From contig JACRBB010000027.1 of assembly GCA_016234585.1 (NCBI GenBank), positions 1-45,114 on the forward strand: a stretch of 45,114 nt of DNA, given 5' to 3'. The DNA comes from Candidatus Saccharimonadota bacterium. GTDB lineage: Bacteria; Patescibacteriota; Saccharimonadia; Saccharimonadales; UBA10212. How positions within the stretch are numbered: position 1 is the stretch's first letter; every line of letters begins with the position of its first letter. The notes below the pieces were generated by a model, which saw only the letters and a program-made list of their open reading frames with translations, ran no database searches and was not told where the DNA came from. Shown here piece by piece: positions 1 through 8,882 of the stretch. A program made the position numbers and the translations under genes.

Positions 1-23
1 TGATACTTGTTACACTTTAATTA

Positions 24-2060
24 GTGACTGTTAACTCACCCGTAATCGAGCTTAAGGGGGCGGGTCCGGAGCTAGTTAAAAAACTGGCTATTCTTGGAGT
101 GCACAGCGTTGGTGACCTTATAACCTATTATCCGCGCCGCTACGAGGATTACTCGCATATAAGCACCGTTGATAAGCTACATCCAGGGGTAGTAACGGTT
201 GAGGCAAAGATTAGCCAAGTAATCGGGCGATATGTCCGGCGGGGCATGCATATCACTGAAGCCATGGCCAGCGATGAAACCGGCAGCGTCCGGTTGATAT
301 GGTTCAACCAGACATACCGCGCCGGGGCTATAAAGGCCGGGGTTACTTATTTTATCGGCGGAGAGTACGCTTTAAGGCGTAGCCGATTTAGTATCTTGAA
401 TCCCTCTATTGAGCTAGCCAGTGATTTTCCGGTCAATACGGCCCGCATAGTGCCGATTTATCGCGAAACCAAGGGGTTAAAATCCTCGGCTATCCGCAAA
501 CTGGTGCTACAGGCTATCAAGTCGGTTAAGAATCTTGATGAACACCTGCCAAAGTGGCTGACAGACAGACAGAAACTGGTGGTTTATGGCCAGGCAGTCA
601 CCGAAATGCATTTTCCATCATCCGCTTCAGAGTTGAATAAGGCCAAACGCCGTCTAGGTTTTGAAGAAATATTCGAACTGACTCTGGCAGCCCTGCTCAA
701 CAAGTACGAATTTGCTAAAGGCAAAGCCCTGGCAATTCCCTTCAAACAAAAACTGGCTAAAGACTTCGTGGGTAGTTTGCCTTTTAAGCTGACCAACGCC
801 CAGCGCAAGGTGATATGGCGGATTTACCAGGACTTGGAAAAAACTCAGCCGATGAACAGATTGATTGAGGGTGATGTAGGCTCAGGAAAAACGATGGTGG
901 CTGCCATGGCGGCGCTGATGGCTATCGAGCAGGGTTTCCAGGTAGCGTTGATGGCGCCGACCGAGATTTTGGCCCGGCAACATGCCGATACGATATATAA
1001 GCTGATGAACAGTATTGGCCAGGGCGACAAGGTCAGTTTGCTGATTGGCGGGCTGACGCCTAAACAAAAAGCAAATGCTCACAAACGTATCAAAAACGGC
1101 GACATTAAGTTCATGGTCGGCACACACGCCTTAATAAGTGAAAAAGTTGATATGCATAAACTTGGCTTGGTAATTATCGATGAGCAACACCGCTTCGGCG
1201 TCGAGCAACGCAAAAAACTGCAAGCCAAGGCCGGCCACATGCCGCACGTGCTGCATATGAGCGCCACGCCGATTCCGCGCAGCCTAGCGCTTACTTTATA
1301 CGGCGAGCTAGATATCTCGGTATTAGATGAGCTGCCGCCGGGCCGCCAAACAATCATCACCAAAGTCGCTTCACCGAATTCACGTAAAACCTTATATGCC
1401 GGTATTGATAAGCAACTACAAGCAGGACAGCAGATGTTCGTGGTCTGCCCGTTGATACTAGACACTGAAACCAGTGGCGGAGTATCCGTAGAAGAAGTTT
1501 ACGAACAACTGGCCAAGCATGATTTTAAACACCGTAAAGTGGGTTTGTTACACGGCAAGATGAAGTCGGCCGAAAAAGACACCGTGATGAAAAAGTTTGT
1601 GGCGCATGAGTACGATATCTTAGTCAGTACCACGGTGATTGAGGTTGGCGTGGATGTACCAAACGCTACCATAATGCTTCTCGAGGGAGCGGAAAGTTTC
1701 GGATTAGCCCAAGTCCATCAATTACGCGGACGGGTGGGGCGCGGTGAGCACCAAAGCTATTGCTACCTGATGCCCAGTGACAGCCGAGCACCCAGCCAAC
1801 GCCTAAGAGCTTTAGAAACCATCAGTGACGGCTTTAAGTTGGCAGAACTAGACTTGCAGCTACGCGGCCCGGGGGCCATATATGGCTCTATGCAGCATGG
1901 TGCCCTAGACCTACGGGTCGCAGAGCTTACGGATATAAAGCTTATCGCCGCTGCCAGGAATGCCGCCCAAGACTTCATAGACCGCAAAGAAAGTCTAAAA
2001 AAATATCCGCATCTTGACCTTAGGGTTTCAACCCTCCGGGCCGTCACCAACTTGAATTAA
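24..2060 (+). CDS. recG: ATP-dependent DNA helicase RecG
   Basis: 678-aa ORF with GTG start. N-terminal wedge/OB region followed by SF2 helicase motifs GDVGSGKT, IIDEQHRFG and HQLRGRVGRG. Confidence 0.9.
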   Translation: MTVNSPVIELKGAGPELVKKLAILGVHSVGDLITYYPRRYEDYSHISTVDKLHPGVVTVEAKISQVIGRYVRRGMHITEAMASDETGSVRLIWFNQTYRAGAIKAGVTYFIGGEYALRRSRFSILNPSIELASDFPVNTARIVPIYRETKGLKSSAIRKLVLQAIKSVKNLDEHLPKWLTDRQKLVVYGQAVTEMHFPSSASELNKAKRRLGFEEIFELTLAALLNKYEFAKGKALAIPFKQKLAKDFVGSLPFKLTNAQRKVIWRIYQDLEKTQPMNRLIEGDVGSGKTMVAAMAALMAIEQGFQVALMAPTEILARQHADTIYKLMNSIGQGDKVSLLIGGLTPKQKANAHKRIKNGDIKFMVGTHALISEKVDMHKLGLVIIDEQHRFGVEQRKKLQAKAGHMPHVLHMSATPIPRSLALTLYGELDISVLDELPPGRQTIITKVASPNSRKTLYAGIDKQLQAGQQMFVVCPLILDTETSGGVSVEEVYEQLAKHDFKHRKVGLLHGKMKSAEKDTVMKKFVAHEYDILVSTTVIEVGVDVPNATIMLLEGAESFGLAQVHQLRGRVGRGEHQSYCYLMPSDSRAPSQRLRALETISDGFKLAELDLQLRGPGAIYGSMQHGALDLRVAELTDIKLIAAARNAAQDFIDRKESLKKYPHLDLRVSTLRAVTNLN

Positions 2061-2100
2061 CCCAATAGTTTATAGTTAATAGAAGACAGGAGGCCAGATT

Positions 2101-2634
2101 ATGAGAATTATTGCCGGTGCGTTTAAGGGTCGGATATTCCATGACCCGCCGGGGCACCATTCGCATCCTATGAGCGATAAAGTCCGCGGCGCATTATTTA
2201 ATATGCTGGGTGACATAGAAGGTTTGACTGTTTTGGATGCCATGGCTGGCAGCGGCGCGCTTAGTTTTGAGGCTGTAAGTCGTGGCGCGAAAAGCGCGAT
2301 AGCCATCGAACAAAAACGCGGTTCGCACAAAGCGATCACAGACAGTATTAAAGAGTTAAAACTAGGTGGCCAAGTTAAAGCTATTAACGCCGATGCCGGC
2401 AGCTGGAGCTCACATAATCAGACCAAACAGTTTGACGTCTTACTGCTGGACCCGCCGTATCAGGACTTGCAGATTAATCTTCTAAGCAAGCTTACCAAGC
2501 ATGCCAAAGCGGGCGGTTTGGTGGTGGTGTCTTGGCCCGGCCATGAGTTGCCACCGGCTTTTGACACCTGCTCGATTATCAGTGATAAAAAATACGGTGA
2601 CTCCCAGTTGGTGTTTTACCGTAAAAACAAGTAA
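2101..2634 (+). CDS. rsmD: 16S rRNA (guanine966-N2)-methyltransferase RsmD
   Basis: 177 aa. RIIAGAFKGR start, DKVRGALFNML, SAM-binding DAMAGSGALSFEA, and LLDPPY catalytic motif. Confidence 0.8.
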   Translation: MRIIAGAFKGRIFHDPPGHHSHPMSDKVRGALFNMLGDIEGLTVLDAMAGSGALSFEAVSRGAKSAIAIEQKRGSHKAITDSIKELKLGGQVKAINADAGSWSSHNQTKQFDVLLLDPPYQDLQINLLSKLTKHAKAGGLVVVSWPGHELPPAFDTCSIISDKKYGDSQLVFYRKNK

Positions 2635-2661
2635 AATTACTCTGTTAGCTTATCCTGACGC

Positions 2662-2746
2662 GGGGATGTGGTGAAATTGGTATACACGCTAGTTTTAGGA
2701 ACTAGTGCCGAAAGGCGTGAAGGTTCAAGTCCTTTCATCCCCACCA
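2662..2746 (+). tRNA. tRNA-Leu (anticodon TAG), class II with long variable arm, encoded CCA
   Basis: Acceptor ggggatg/catcccc. Anticodon stem ctagt/actag with loop ttTAGga. Variable arm tgccgaaaggcg. T-loop ggttcaagtcc. Ends in acca. Confidence 0.85.
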
Positions 2747-2821
2747 AAAAGATGACTCCCAAAGAGCATTTTTCTTTAGCTCCAGCGAACTTATTTTATT
2801 GATTGGCTGTATATTGTATTC

Positions 2822-3337
2822 ATGAAACACAAAAAAATTAAATTGATAGTTCTTTGTGTCATGTTGTTTGTAGCAGGTTACATTGCATGGAATGTCATAT
2901 TTTTCGGGCAAATCAGTCCTGCCAAAGCCTCAAAACTATGTGATCAGTTTGCCCAAGAAGTTAAAGCAAATATTATGGCTGTTCCTGGTTATACGGTTGC
3001 CAATATGGATACATCCTGTAGCCCACAATCGGATGAAGCAGGGAGTACCGACTATACTCCTTCAGTAACTGCTCGTCTTTCTGTCGACAACATCGACACA
3101 TCGGACAAAATGAAGAGCAGCCTTAATAACTTGGCAGACAAACTACCGACAAAGCAGTACGGTGTTTTTATTGATAATATTCCTGCTATCGAAGGTAAAT
3201 CGGCAGCAATTTGCGTAAGCGCAAGCAAGTACATTGACAATGATGGCAAAGATTACCCGCAGGGCGATGGCGGAAATCATCCTCGTTACACGGAGCCTGG
3301 GTCGATAGCTGATTTTTCTCCCTGTGAAGGTGTCTAA
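2822..3337 (+). CDS. Hypothetical N-terminally membrane-anchored (probably extracytoplasmic) protein
   Basis: 171-aa ORF. Basic N-terminus MKHKKIK followed by hydrophobic helix LIVLCVMLFVAGYIAWNVIFF. Looks A/T-richer than its neighbours by eye. No family recognised. Confidence 0.55.
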   Translation: MKHKKIKLIVLCVMLFVAGYIAWNVIFFGQISPAKASKLCDQFAQEVKANIMAVPGYTVANMDTSCSPQSDEAGSTDYTPSVTARLSVDNIDTSDKMKSSLNNLADKLPTKQYGVFIDNIPAIEGKSAAICVSASKYIDNDGKDYPQGDGGNHPRYTEPGSIADFSPCEGV

Positions 3338-3457
3338 TCACCCACAGTATAATCAGAGTTTTTGTGCCTCAAACCGCGCCTCTGGCTAGTTACTGTTAGT
3401 TTAAAAAAGCGTTTAACTTCTAATATGAAAATGCCGTAAATTTATTAAATTTTTACG

Positions 3458-3486
3458 TTGCATAAGCAATTTGGCGGGTTTATAAT
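3458..3486 (+). promoter_or_regulatory. Sigma-70-type promoter (TTGCAT-17 nt-TATAAT) driving the leader of the small-ORF/Y-family polymerase pair
   Basis: ttgcat, a 17-nt spacer (aagcaatttggcgggtt), then tataat, read directly. About 245 nt upstream of the ATG at 3734. Confidence 0.5.
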
Positions 3487-3605
3487 AATTGGTAGCCATG
3501 TATGGGCTTCCCGATAAACCGGGATTCCTCCGTACAGACTTATAAAACACTTGGGCGGTATACATTGGTCAATGCCGATCCCCCATCAGTTTCGTTTAGT
3601 AAACG

Positions 3606-3633
3606 GTACAAATTTAGAAACGGTAATTTGTAC
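3606..3633. promoter_or_regulatory. Inverted repeat GTACAAATT-N10-AATTTGTAC, a candidate operator
   Basis: Perfect 9-bp arms. Overlaps a direct repeat of aaacggta (two copies 17 nt apart) and a neighbouring cgttt-agt-aaacg palindrome. Lies inside the leader upstream of the polymerase cassette. Confidence 0.35.
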
Positions 3634-3733
3634 TTATCCTAAAGAAACTTCTCCTATAAAAAAAGCCGTTTGCTGACAATCCTAACAGTTGTGCAGCCCT
3701 CTTTTTATTACTCTAAGCTTCAGGAGAAGAACA

Positions 3734-4042
3734 ATGGAAAACGTAGTACAAATTAACAAGACCGTAAGTGTAGTGGCTTTTTACTTCAGGAATGCCGGTC
3801 AGCGTCTGAAGTGCTTCCCAAAGCGCATGGAGTTTGGCGGCCGAAGCATAAACTTTACCGAAACTGGTATGTTGCACCCAGTCCGAAAAGGCTCGCGCAT
3901 GATCCACGTGTTTGATATGACCGATGGTACCGCCGACTACCGTCTAGAGTTTGACGCCGAAACTCTGGACTGGGTGTTGGTATACATAGCCGACATGCAA
4001 GCCAAGGCCCAGCCGGGATTAGGCAGTGCAGTCTACGCCTAA
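3734..4042 (+). CDS. Hypothetical 102-aa protein co-transcribed with the Y-family polymerase
   Basis: ATG preceded by aggag. Ends 19 nt before the polymerase ATG. No recognisable family. The track ORF starts earlier (3689, TTG), but that extension overlaps a hairpin and T-tract. Confidence 0.5.
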   Translation: MENVVQINKTVSVVAFYFRNAGQRLKCFPKRMEFGGRSINFTETGMLHPVRKGSRMIHVFDMTDGTADYRLEFDAETLDWVLVYIADMQAKAQPGLGSAVYA

Positions 4043-4061
4043 CCCCGAAACTCCACAGGTA

Positions 4062-5282
4062 ATGCATATCGACCTGAACAGCTGTTTTGCCACCGTGGAG
4101 CAGCAAGCCAGGCCGCTACTGCGGGGCCGCCCGGTGGCTGTTACCAATCGCCTCACTAAAAATGCCTGCGTTATCGCCGCCAGCTATGAAGCCAAGGCCC
4201 TCGGTGTAAAAGTTGGCATGGGACTTATGGACGCCCGTATTTTAGCGCCAGGAATAGTAACTCTAGAGACCGACCCGCCTAAATATCACTATGCTTATAC
4301 AAAACTGGTTAATATTATGAAAAGCTACTCGCCTAATGTAACCATGAAAAGCATAGATGAGGGCGTAATTGATTTTCATGGCACCCGGCAGGCAGTAAAT
4401 GCCCGCCCGCTAACGGATGTCGGTCATGAAATAAAGCGGCGCTTGAAGGAAGATGTTGGCTGCTGGATGCGCTGCAACATCGGCATCGCGCCTAACCGCT
4501 TTTTGGCTAAAACCGCCGCGGGCTTACATAAACCCGACGGCTTGGACGTAATCGAGCATAAAAACCTGCGCAGAGTCATGGCGGAGCTTAAACTGACCGA
4601 CTTAACCGGCATCGCTGATAAAAACGAGGCCCGCCTTAACGCCCACGGTATAATGACTCCGCTGCAGTTTTTGGACGCGCCGTCAGAGCTGCTGAAAAGA
4701 CATGTTTTTAAGAGCGTTTGTGGTGAAGACTGGCACCAGCGGCTGCGCGGTTGGGAAGTAGATGACCACGAATGGTCCACCAAAACGATCGGCCGGCAGT
4801 TCGTGATGGATGACTACCAAGCCAGTGAAGAAAAGGTACGCAGCCGCCTGGCCCACTTATGCGAAAGCACCGGCCTGAAAATGCGTTATAAGGGTTTATG
4901 CGCCAGAGGTATGAACGTTTATATCCGATATAAAAGTGGCGACTACTGGCATAGCCGCAAAGCCTTTAAAAGCAGCTTTTTTACCGACGCCGAAATTTAT
5001 CGTCGGGCCACGCTACTTTTTAATAAACACCCCAATCTGGACTACGTGGTAGAGATGGGCGTGAGCTGTTATCTGCTGGAAACCTCCAACATGAACCAGG
5101 TAAGTATCTTAGAAGAGGTTAATAAAGAGATTTGGCTGACTGAAGCGGTAGACGAAGTTAACCGCCGATTCGGAAACCATACTATTACCTTCGCCATCAG
5201 TGCTGATAGTAAAACCAAAATCAAACAAAAAATACCCTTTGGCAGCACTCGTTATTTTGAACTGCTATGCCAACAGGCTTAG
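4062..5282 (+). CDS. Y-family (DinB/UmuC-like) translesion DNA polymerase
   Basis: MHIDLNSCFATVEQ (catalytic Asp), SIDEGVIDF (catalytic Asp-Glu), IGIAPNRFLAKTAAGLHKPDG, and UmuC-like ACVIAASYEAKALGVKVGM. Homology starts at MHIDLN, so the ATG at 4062 is preferred over the GTG at 4026. Confidence 0.85.
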   Translation: MHIDLNSCFATVEQQARPLLRGRPVAVTNRLTKNACVIAASYEAKALGVKVGMGLMDARILAPGIVTLETDPPKYHYAYTKLVNIMKSYSPNVTMKSIDEGVIDFHGTRQAVNARPLTDVGHEIKRRLKEDVGCWMRCNIGIAPNRFLAKTAAGLHKPDGLDVIEHKNLRRVMAELKLTDLTGIADKNEARLNAHGIMTPLQFLDAPSELLKRHVFKSVCGEDWHQRLRGWEVDDHEWSTKTIGRQFVMDDYQASEEKVRSRLAHLCESTGLKMRYKGLCARGMNVYIRYKSGDYWHSRKAFKSSFFTDAEIYRRATLLFNKHPNLDYVVEMGVSCYLLETSNMNQVSILEEVNKEIWLTEAVDEVNRRFGNHTITFAISADSKTKIKQKIPFGSTRYFELLCQQA

Positions 5283-6025
5283 GCTTTAGAGGAGGAGGTG
5301 GTGGTGGATGGGGAACGTCTTTTGTTGAGTTCTCGGTACCGCAAAGCCGGCGCCACAGAGTAAGCCACGGCCAGCAAGAAACTAGTTATGGCTCCTACAA
5401 GGGGTATGGCTCCGGTCAAACTCCATAAAATACCAACTAAGATCACTGAATATATTGGCCAAGCATAACCTTTGGTCATTTCCCAACTTTGCACAAGAGC
5501 TTCGCTGACAGGTGTATCCCTATCAACCAAAATGTATGGCGCTAAAAACCACCGCCCAAGCAGGATAATACCCGGCACTATCAGTAGGATAAAACCAAAT
5601 AAGATACCAACACCCATCATTATCTCGAGTCCCACTAACCGGGCGCCCTTCTTTTTAAATTCTTCCCATAGATTGCCGAAACTGGGTTTATGACCTTGGG
5701 CTACCCGAAGCACCAGGATGATTTGTAAAAGCCCGAAAAATACAGCTAAAAGACCCGGTAGAAGAGCTAGACCAAGCCCGATACCCGTCGGGGAAGTAAA
5801 ATGTAGGCCGGTAAAAGACGAGAAAAACCCATAGTAGGCGTTTGTGCCGCTCTCTTGCAGATTATTGCTTTCTGATAGCCGACTCAAAAAGTTCCAAAGG
5901 GCGAACAGCGCGGATATGGAATAGACGAATATAAAGATAGTCAGATTCTCTTTGACCAGCGCGTAGCTTTTACTAAATAGGCTAAAGGCGCTTTCGGTAT
6001 GGACTAAATGTTTGGGTTCTGACAT
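5279..6025 (-). CDS. Hypothetical polytopic membrane protein
   Basis: 248 aa with about 6 hydrophobic segments and a Ser/Thr-rich basic C-tail. SD aaggat upstream on the minus strand. Its stop codon overlaps the convergent polymerase stop. Confidence 0.6.
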   Translation of the reverse strand: MSEPKHLVHTESAFSLFSKSYALVKENLTIFIFVYSISALFALWNFLSRLSESNNLQESGTNAYYGFFSSFTGLHFTSPTGIGLGLALLPGLLAVFFGLLQIILVLRVAQGHKPSFGNLWEEFKKKGARLVGLEIMMGVGILFGFILLIVPGIILLGRWFLAPYILVDRDTPVSEALVQSWEMTKGYAWPIYSVILVGILWSLTGAIPLVGAITSFLLAVAYSVAPALRYRELNKRRSPSTTTSSSKA

Positions 6026-6169
6026 TTTTTATCCTTAAGTTACTGATTAAACTATGGCATGGTTATGGCCTCTGTGGCAAGCCCGTTATCACGCCATGTG
6101 TGATGATATCCGGACAACCATACTGCTCTAGGTGCTGGGCAAGGGCTGCATTATAATAATGCTCAAGTT

Positions 6170-7489
6170 ATGAGTCTATCTACCCAGCCCTATAAAGGCG
6201 CCCGCGATTTTTACCCTGAGGACAAACGGATTCAGAAGTATATGTTCGGGGTGCTGCGAAAAACGGTGGAAAGTTTTGGCTATCAGGAGTACGATGCCCC
6301 GATTATCGAACCGCTTGAGCTGTATCTGGCCAAGACCAGCGAGGAGATCGTAGCCGAGCAAACCTATAGTTTTACGGATCGTGGTGGACGCAATGTGACG
6401 CTTAGACCAGAGATGACGCCATCGGTCAGCCGGATGGTCGCTGCCAGGCGCCAGGAACTGGCTTACCCTCTGCGCCTCTATAGTATCCCTAATCTGTGGC
6501 GTTATGAGCGGCCACAACACGGACGGTTACGCGAGCATTGGCAGCTTAACGTCGATATATTTGGCGTTCCCAGTATCGCCGCCGACCATGAAGTGATTCT
6601 GATGGCCGACTCCATTTTGCGCGCCTTCGGAGCCAAAAAGGCGGCTTATGAAATCCGTATCAGCAGCCGGGCCTTGATGAACTGGCTAATGCTGGAATAT
6701 TTACGCTTGGATTATAACCAAGCAACGTCGTTTATGCGATTAATCGACAGAATGGCTAAAATTAGCCAAAAAGAATTTGTAGCGCTGGCTGAAGCTCTGC
6801 TTAGTCCCGCTCAGCGGGAAACCGACGTGCTGCAACGGCTGATGGCACTGCTAAAAGTCAAGCGCCTGGTGGAGTTACCATTAGTTACACAGCAACATCC
6901 GGCGGTTGCCGAGCTGGCTAAGTTACTTGAGATGTTGCATGAAAATGGAGTGACTAACGCTGTGTTTGACCTGACTTTGATGCGCGGTTTTGATTACTAC
7001 ACCAACATTGTTTTTGAAGTTTTTGATAACCACCCCGATAATAATCGTTCGATGTTCGGGGGTGGCCGTTACGACGGTCTGGTGGCCGAGTTTGGGGTCA
7101 AGCCAGTACCGACGGTCGGGTTTGGCATGGGCGATGTTACGCTGCAAAACTTTCTGGCCGGCCATGGGCTTCTGCCAGCTTTGGCTCCAGAAACCGATGC
7201 TATTGTCGTTTTGATTGGCAATATTTATGAAGCGGCTCAAAAGTCTTTAGCGACTTTAAGAAACGAAGGGTTGAGAATAGCTGTCGATAGCAGTGGCCGC
7301 AAGCTGGACGCCCAGATAAAAGCCGCCGCAAAGTCCGGTGCGCCCTATGTGATTTTCCTAGGTGAGCATGAGCTTGCCACCCAGAGATTCAAGCTAAAAG
7401 ACCTTAGATTAGGCGAAGAAAAAGAACTAAGCTTGGAACGCTTGGTCAGCAAGTTGGCTGCCCGCCATCGTCCCGCATCAGATTTATAA
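6170..7489 (+). CDS. hisS: Histidine--tRNA ligase
   Basis: 439 aa. KGARDFYPED, LRPEMTPSVSRM (motif 2 region), WRYERPQHGRLREHWQ, GGGRYDGL (motif 3), and a C-terminal anticodon-binding domain. Confidence 0.88.
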   Translation: MSLSTQPYKGARDFYPEDKRIQKYMFGVLRKTVESFGYQEYDAPIIEPLELYLAKTSEEIVAEQTYSFTDRGGRNVTLRPEMTPSVSRMVAARRQELAYPLRLYSIPNLWRYERPQHGRLREHWQLNVDIFGVPSIAADHEVILMADSILRAFGAKKAAYEIRISSRALMNWLMLEYLRLDYNQATSFMRLIDRMAKISQKEFVALAEALLSPAQRETDVLQRLMALLKVKRLVELPLVTQQHPAVAELAKLLEMLHENGVTNAVFDLTLMRGFDYYTNIVFEVFDNHPDNNRSMFGGGRYDGLVAEFGVKPVPTVGFGMGDVTLQNFLAGHGLLPALAPETDAIVVLIGNIYEAAQKSLATLRNEGLRIAVDSSGRKLDAQIKAAAKSGAPYVIFLGEHELATQRFKLKDLRLGEEKELSLERLVSKLAARHRPASDL

Positions 7490-7543
7490 GATATCAAAAA
7501 GATGCTCGCAATACTTTAGCCGTCCGGTTATAATCAGCACTCG

Positions 7544-8821
7544 ATGCAAGTTACTAAAACCGTTAAAAGCCCAACCGAGCTGACACTTCATGTTAGTGCT
7601 GGTGCCGCGGAACTAGAACCAATTAAGCAGCACGTGCTAGGACATTTTGTCAAAACTGTTAAAGTTCCCGGTTTTAGAGCCGGTAAAGCGCCGATGAATA
7701 TGGTTGAAAAGCACGTTAGCCAACAAGCCATGCTGGATGAGTTCATGGATCACGCTCTAAACGAACTTTATGGGCGGGCTTTGGACGAACAAAAACTGCA
7801 CCCGGTGGCCCAGCCCAAGGTAGAGCTTAAAAAGTTCGTACCCTATACCAACCTGGAATTTGAAGTCCAAATAGAAACCATCGGCGAAGTAAAATTACCT
7901 GATTATAAAAAGATCAAGCTAACCAAAACCCCGGTAAGTGTATCGGCTAAAGACGTAAATGATGTTGTTGAGTCGCTTAAAAAACGAGCGGCCGAGCGTA
8001 AACCAACTGAGCGGGCCGCCAAAACCGGTGACGAAGTTATGATTGACTTTTCCGGGCGAGACGACAAAGACCAGCCGGTCAGTGGTTCCGAGGGTAAAGA
8101 TTATCCACTAGTTCTGGGTAGTAACGCCTTCATACCAGGCTTTGAGGATCACCTTTTAGGCGCAAAAGCCGGTGACAACAAAGAGTTTGGCATTACCTTT
8201 CCTAAAGATTATGGCGCAAAGGCTTTGCAGGGTAAGAAAGTCACCTTTAGCGTTGACGTTAAAAAAGTCAGCGAAATCGTCGAGCCAACCGTTGATGATA
8301 AATTTGCTGGTAAAGTTGGGCCATTTAAAACGGTCGCTGAGCTTAAAGGTGATATCAAAAAACAGCTTGGCGTCGAAAAACGGACGCAGGCTGACCGGGA
8401 CTACGAAAATGAACTGGTTAAAAAGATTGCCGACGGCTCCAGCGTCCAAATTCCAGAAGTTTTGATTGAACAGCAGATAACTAGTCTGGAAGAAGATGAA
8501 AAGCGGAACTTAGCTTACCGCGGCCAGACATGGCAAGAACATTTGAAGGAGGAGGGTATTACCGAGGCCGAACATCGTAGTCGCCATCGTGATGAGGCCA
8601 AACAGCGTGTCAAGGCCGGTTTAGTGCTAAGCAAGATATCAGAGATTGAAAAAATCGATGTTACTCCGGAAGAAGTCGAAATTCGCCTGCAACAGCTAAA
8701 AACCCAGTATCAGGATCCGGCTATGCTTGAGGAGCTAAGCAATCCCGAGAACCGCCGCAATATCGCCGCCCGCCTGTTAACCGAGAAAACCATCAAAAAA
8801 TTGGTTGAATATTGCTCTTAA
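7544..8821 (+). CDS. tig: Trigger factor
   Basis: 425 aa. N-terminal ribosome-binding region with VPGFRAGKAP, a central FKBP-like PPIase region, and a C-terminal helical arm. Confidence 0.9.
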   Translation: MQVTKTVKSPTELTLHVSAGAAELEPIKQHVLGHFVKTVKVPGFRAGKAPMNMVEKHVSQQAMLDEFMDHALNELYGRALDEQKLHPVAQPKVELKKFVPYTNLEFEVQIETIGEVKLPDYKKIKLTKTPVSVSAKDVNDVVESLKKRAAERKPTERAAKTGDEVMIDFSGRDDKDQPVSGSEGKDYPLVLGSNAFIPGFEDHLLGAKAGDNKEFGITFPKDYGAKALQGKKVTFSVDVKKVSEIVEPTVDDKFAGKVGPFKTVAELKGDIKKQLGVEKRTQADRDYENELVKKIADGSSVQIPEVLIEQQITSLEEDEKRNLAYRGQTWQEHLKEEGITEAEHRSRHRDEAKQRVKAGLVLSKISEIEKIDVTPEEVEIRLQQLKTQYQDPAMLEELSNPENRRNIAARLLTEKTIKKLVEYCS

Positions 8822-8833
8822 AGCGACTATAAA

Positions 8834-8860
8834 TTAGCACTCTTGACTTGAGAGTGCCAA
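8834..8860. promoter_or_regulatory. CIRCE-like inverted repeat (HrcA operator): TTAGCACTC-N9-GAGTGCCAA
   Basis: Matches the CIRCE consensus TTAGCACTC-N9-GAGTGCTAA at 17 of 18 positions. The N9 spacer contains the clpP -35 box. Confidence 0.7.
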
Positions 8861-8872
8861 CATATGTATCAT
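8843..8872 (+). promoter_or_regulatory. clpP promoter TTGACT-18 nt-TATCAT
   Basis: Hexamers read directly. The -10 box ends 10 nt before the ATG at 8883 and covers the upstream ATG at 8871. Confidence 0.5.
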
Positions 8873-8882
8873 GTACGTACAT

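Noticed and set aside
3487-3700. The leader region might encode a known housekeeping RNA (SRP/4.5S RNA, 6S RNA, RNase P RNA or tmRNA).
   Set aside because: None of the diagnostic motifs I can recall is present: the RNase P P4 GAGGAAAGUCC motif, the tmRNA tRNA-like ends with a tag ORF, or the SRP domain IV GGAA/AGCA loops. It is left as an unclassified leader or sRNA candidate.
3689-3733. The TTG start at 3689 for the small ORF, and the GTG at 4026 for the polymerase, as given by the ORF track.
   Set aside because: The 3689 extension (MCSPLFITLSFRRRT) lies over a hairpin and T-tract and has no SD, whereas the ATG at 3734 has aggag. Polymerase homology begins at MHIDLN (ATG at 4062), and starting at 4026 would overlap the upstream ORF.
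3776-3782. My hand count of the poly-T run in ...gtggcttttttac... gave one more T than the ORF-track translation (VVAFYF) implies. If true, this would frameshift the 102-aa ORF.
   Set aside because: Both track ORFs crossing this run (3689-4042 on the + strand and 3713-3907 on the - strand) are computed and mutually consistent. I treat the difference as my own homopolymer counting error. As a result, hand-placed coordinates between about 3340 and 3780 may be off by 1 nt.
2662-6169. A possible tRNA-Leu-associated genomic island covering the orphan ORF, the polymerase cassette and the membrane protein.
   Set aside because: There is no integrase or recombinase and no direct repeat of the tRNA 3' end (searched by eye for tcatccccacca-like strings up to hisS). 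The segment contains only ordinary-looking genes. Only the weaker compositional note was kept.
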